The position numbers and the translations under genes are program-made. DNA of 34,617 nucleotides from the NCBI GenBank assembly GCA_001275005.1, contig JWZX01001884.1:1-34617 (forward strand), written 5' to 3'. The stretch is from Chrysochromulina tobinii. Its lineage: Eukaryota. Under the pieces are notes generated by a model. The model was not told the origin of the DNA. It made no database searches and saw only the letters and a program-made list of their open reading frames with translations. Below, piece after piece: positions 31,501 to 34,617 of the stretch (the first letter of the stretch is position 1; each line of letters begins with the position of its first letter).

Positions 31501-31706
31501 AGCGCGTGCCTTGTCGCGGCGGCCGTGTCGCCACCGTCGTGCTTCAGCCGGGAGAGCCGTTCGTTGGGCACGATGATCGAGTGCTGGCCGCACGTGGAGA
31601 TTAGACACGCGCCCGCATCATGCGAGTACTTGTTGAGCCCGAGCACCCACTTGGTCGGCGACGGGCCGATGAGCGTGTAGACGAAGGACGTGACCGCGAT
31701 CATCAT
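28578..31706 (-). CDS. NodU/CmcH-family O-carbamoyltransferase, ~869 aa, 3 exons
   Basis: Exons 31706-30627, 30418-29209, 28897-28578 (alternative acceptor 6 nt further on). Motifs 'VLGLN..SHDAGA', 'HHLAH', 'DGMGE', 'GKVMGLAP', 'GGVVQN', 'GDEG', 'GARALGHRSIL', 'VKQREQWRPLAPS', 'HVDGSARLQTV', 'LLNTSFN'. Confidence 0.88.
28898..29208 (-). other. Compound intron containing a 53-nt copy of the upstream exon end and donor
   Basis: 29124-29176 matches 29205-29257 with 1 mismatch. The acceptor is AAG at 28898 or CAG at 28892. Confidence 0.7.
30419..30626 (-). other. GT-AG intron almost entirely made of (CTGATGACGA/CCGA)n
   Basis: GAG|GTGAGA donor and TTCAG acceptor. Joins 'QMDLEE|VTLEWL'. Confidence 0.88.
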
Positions 31707-31730
31707 TTGTGTTCACACAGCTTGACCTCG

Positions 31731-31836
31731 AGCAGCTCTGAATGAAACGGATGTGAGCAGGTGCTTGCGTTTCGCGCCAGCTCTCGTGGGACCAGCTCTG
31801 TGAGAAACGGCTGTGAGCCGGAGCTTGCGTTTCGCG
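31731..31836. repeat. Imperfect 60-nt-period direct duplication in a divergent intergenic region
   Basis: 'cagctctg..gaaacgg.tgtgagc.gg.gcttgcgtttcgcg' occurs at ~31733 and ~31793. Confidence 0.75.
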
Positions 31837-32000
31837 AGAAGGGGACCCGAGAAGGCACCGCACCTCACAGTTGAAAGGTCGTGCCTGCACCTCGAGGCTT
31901 TGTCGCAAAGATGGATCTCCTCCCTGGAGAAACTCGGAAATATTTCTCAGCCAACGAAAACGATTTCCGTGTCGAAATTGCCTTTTCGGGCGACGTGACG

Positions 32001-32579
32001 ATGTCTCGAAGCCTCATTGCGCTCGCAGCCGTTCTCGCTTGTGCGCACGCGTTGCCGGATACAAAAGCCCCAATCGAAGCTGTTGGCAAAGCTGCTGATG
32101 GTTCTGCTCGTCAGCTGCAGGCCCATGGGGCCGCCGCACCGGCACCGCCGAAGCCCAAGAGCGTCAGCATTTGGTCCATAGCAAAGCGGTTTTTCACGTC
32201 GCGCGAGAAAGCGAAGACGAAAGTGGCGAGTCACGGCGCGAATGCGACGATTCCGACCATGACGCCCCAGTACGCCATGGGCTTCAAGACCATGGTTTCG
32301 TGGTGGTGCAAGAATGCGACAAACAAGGAAAAGGCTTTGTGCCAGCTGAGTGCGCAGGGCAAAGCTACCGGCGACGCACTCAAGAAACCGCCCTCTCTCG
32401 ATGAAAGCAGGGAGGCTGTCAAGGCCTACTGCGCCGAAAAAACACACCAAAGCAAGCTCGTTTGCATCCAGTGGAGGATAAAGGCAGCTGTCGTCAAGAG
32501 TGTGGGGTCGAAGGCAGCCGCTGCGAAGAGCGCGGGGTCGAAGTCGAAGGCAACCGACACCAAGACTGGAGAGTTGTGA
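32001..32579 (+). CDS. Small, probably secreted, Lys/Ala-rich protein of unknown function (192 aa)
   Basis: Signal-peptide-like 'MSRSLIALAAVLACAHA'. Two C-x10-C modules ('WWCKNATNKEKALC', 'AYCAEKTHQSKLVC'). Confidence 0.65.
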   Translation: MSRSLIALAAVLACAHALPDTKAPIEAVGKAADGSARQLQAHGAAAPAPPKPKSVSIWSIAKRFFTSREKAKTKVASHGANATIPTMTPQYAMGFKTMVSWWCKNATNKEKALCQLSAQGKATGDALKKPPSLDESREAVKAYCAEKTHQSKLVCIQWRIKAAVVKSVGSKAAAAKSAGSKSKATDTKTGEL

Positions 32580-32880
32580 GCGTCGATCTGTACGATGCCG
32601 TGGGGCACTAAATGCACGCGGCCTGTGTGTGTGGGGATGCTGTTGGCTGCCCGCCCTTACAACCATAAACGCCGCGCGGCGGAACGGGTAGCTCTAGTAG
32701 TGGGTGCGGGCACAATACATCGCGAATTCGATCAGTCTTGATGACGAACCGCCACGGCCACGCGACCGCACGCGGGAGTCAGGCGCGATGGAAAACACGA
32801 ACCGACACATGCGCATGAAGATCATAGTAAAAGCGCGGGGGACAGTTTTAGTGACAAGTACAACAGTAGCTGACAAATTG

Positions 32881-34378
32881 CTAGACAGCCCGCGTCTTCT
32901 CCTTCTCGTCTGCTCTGCCACGACTGACGATGGCCGCGATCGATGCCGCAAGCCCGAGCCCCAGTGGCAATGTGTTCAAGCTCAGCCGGCGCGCCTCCGC
33001 GGGCGGAGCCTGGCCATCCGCGAGCTTGTGAAGGATCTCATCGGCGATGGCGCCCTCGACGATGTCGAGGCGCGACTTGAGTGGGAAGGTCGAGGCTACT
33101 TGGCCCGGGGTCGCCTTCGAGATCACCACCGCGCCCTCGTCGGCCGACAAAGCTGGCTTCACCGCGGAGGCACCCACTCCCTCTTCTTCAGAGCATGCAA
33201 GGAGGGCGGCGAAGATCATGAACACGCCGCCTACCCAGGTGCCGATCGAGACGGGCTCCCGAAGGGCCAAGTAGCCCATGATGCCCGCAAAGAGCGGTTG
33301 GAGCGCAGCGAATGGCTGTGCCTTCGCGGCAGAGATGGAGCGCATCGCTTCGAATTGGACTGACGAGGAGAGGAATCCGGGCACGAAGACCCCGAGCGCC
33401 ATCAGCCCAAACTGGGCCAGTGGAATGTGACGAATGCGCCGAACGGTCGCCGCAGAGGGTCCTCCGCGAGCCACGTCGAGGAGCATCACTGCCGTCGAGA
33501 TCCCTCCCATGTAACACATGCGAAGGAGGTTGAGGGAAGCCGCGCTGACCGATTGCAAGTGAACAGTCGTACGCACGCGAAACCACCCGTAAAGGAAGGC
33601 GCCCACCTGAGGACGAAAGCCATCGAACGCCATCGAACGCCATCAGAGGCTCACTCAGAGACGCAATCAGCTCGAGCCACCGCAAGGCACTCACCACGAG
33701 TGCAGCTGCCCCTCGGAGATTCAATGCAGCGGAGGTCATGCCGCTGCCATCCTGAATTCCGTCGACGACCGCCACGAGGACGGCGGCGCCGAAAGCCAAG
33801 CCGCACGCGGCCCATGTGCGTGCGCCAAAGTCACCCAGTCCGAGCAGCACCGACAGAAGCGGTACGAAGACGTTGTCGGTCGACTGGAAGATCTCCGCCA
33901 TCGCAGCGGGGACTCTGCAAGTTCCCCACACCGAAAAGAAGGAACAGAGGACCGAGAGCAGAGCGAGCTCAAAGGCGGCGAGATGCGGGCTCTGCTCGCT
34001 GTCGGATCTACCCTTGGCCCTGTCGGGCTCGCGTCTTGCCATAAAGAACTGTATCGTGCGAGTGATGGTGGCCAGGAGGCAGAGAACGTTGTAACGGACA
34101 AACACTATGAAGATCATCCCGAGCGGCTCTGCACCGGGAACCGTAGCCAACGATCGCAGGAAGACAGTGTAGCTTCCGAAACCCGCGTTTGCGAGCAGCA
34201 AAAGCAGCTTGGCACGGGCCAGAGCACCTGCCGTGACAGGAGTAAGGCCTCCTCGAAGACGATGTACGGCCGTCGCGTGCACATCCTTCGGAGTAAACAT
34301 CAAAGGCCGGCTCTGAACCCGGGCGTCGACGCTGACGGTAGCCACCAGGCACACGAGCAGGAAGCAGCTGGGAGGCAT
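32881..34378 (-). CDS. Drug/metabolite transporter (EamA/DMT) family protein with N-terminal signal-like extension, ~469 aa, 2 exons
   Basis: Exons 34378-33695 and 33606-32881. About ten hydrophobic segments. EamA motifs 'VFVPLLSVLLG' and 'ISAAKAQPFAALQPLFAGIMGYLALREP....W.GG..I'. Confidence 0.8.
33607..33694 (-). other. GT-AG intron with 12-nt diverged junction duplication
   Basis: G|GTGAGTGCCTT versus G|GTGGGCGCCTT. Contains CTGATTG and (TTCGATGGC)n. Joins 'AAALV|VGAFLYG'. Confidence 0.85.
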
Positions 34379-34617
34379 GCTTGACGACCTGGAGCGGCTT
34401 CGCGCTCGAGGGTGGGCCACCGAGCAGCTTCACCGACCCTGCCGCGTTACAGGGTCGGACGCTATCCGGTATTTGCCCTGGCAAACCGCTCAGGGAAACA
34501 CAGGAAATGTCCTTTTCATTATGAATACACACAACACGTAAGCAGCACAGCTGTGAAGACAATACAATACAATACAGGCCAGGCCTCAACTGAGACACAT
34601 GCAGGCAGAGAGCTGAG

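Noticed and set aside
28578..34378. Carbamoyltransferase, secreted protein and DMT transporter as a biosynthetic gene cluster
   Set aside because: No scaffold-forming enzyme is present in the window, and adjacency in a compact genome is not evidence of a shared pathway.

Overview
Gene-dense, very GC-rich eukaryotic genomic DNA with spliceosomal introns. The style suggests a haptophyte alga (Chrysochromulina-like; inference only). I rebuilt 10 protein-coding genes by hand: (1) a BAR-PH-ArfGAP-ANK (ACAP-like) gene that runs off the left edge and is absent from the ORF track; (2) a GT77-type glycosyltransferase; (3) a Skp1/F-box/LRR fusion; (4) a ~3,750-aa armadillo-repeat protein with an internal C2 domain (11 exons); (5) a VTT/SNARE-associated membrane protein; (6) an EGLN-type hydroxylase/SET/class-I methyltransferase fusion; (7) an ABCF3-like protein; (8) a NodU/CmcH-type carbamoyltransferase; (9) a small secreted protein; (10) a DMT/EamA transporter. 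The strongest signal is in the 19 inferred introns. Thirteen carry an 11-53 nt direct duplication of the exon sequence at the splice junction. Most are filled with sense-strand tandem repeats of branch-point-like CTGAT/CTAAT/CTGAC units, and several share the terminus GCCTCCCTC(A/C)T(C/T)AG. Some are stacked head-to-tail or carry fragments copied from distant exons. This looks like an active intron-creating mechanism without terminal inverted repeats. All splice models come from frame continuity and protein motifs, not from transcript data.
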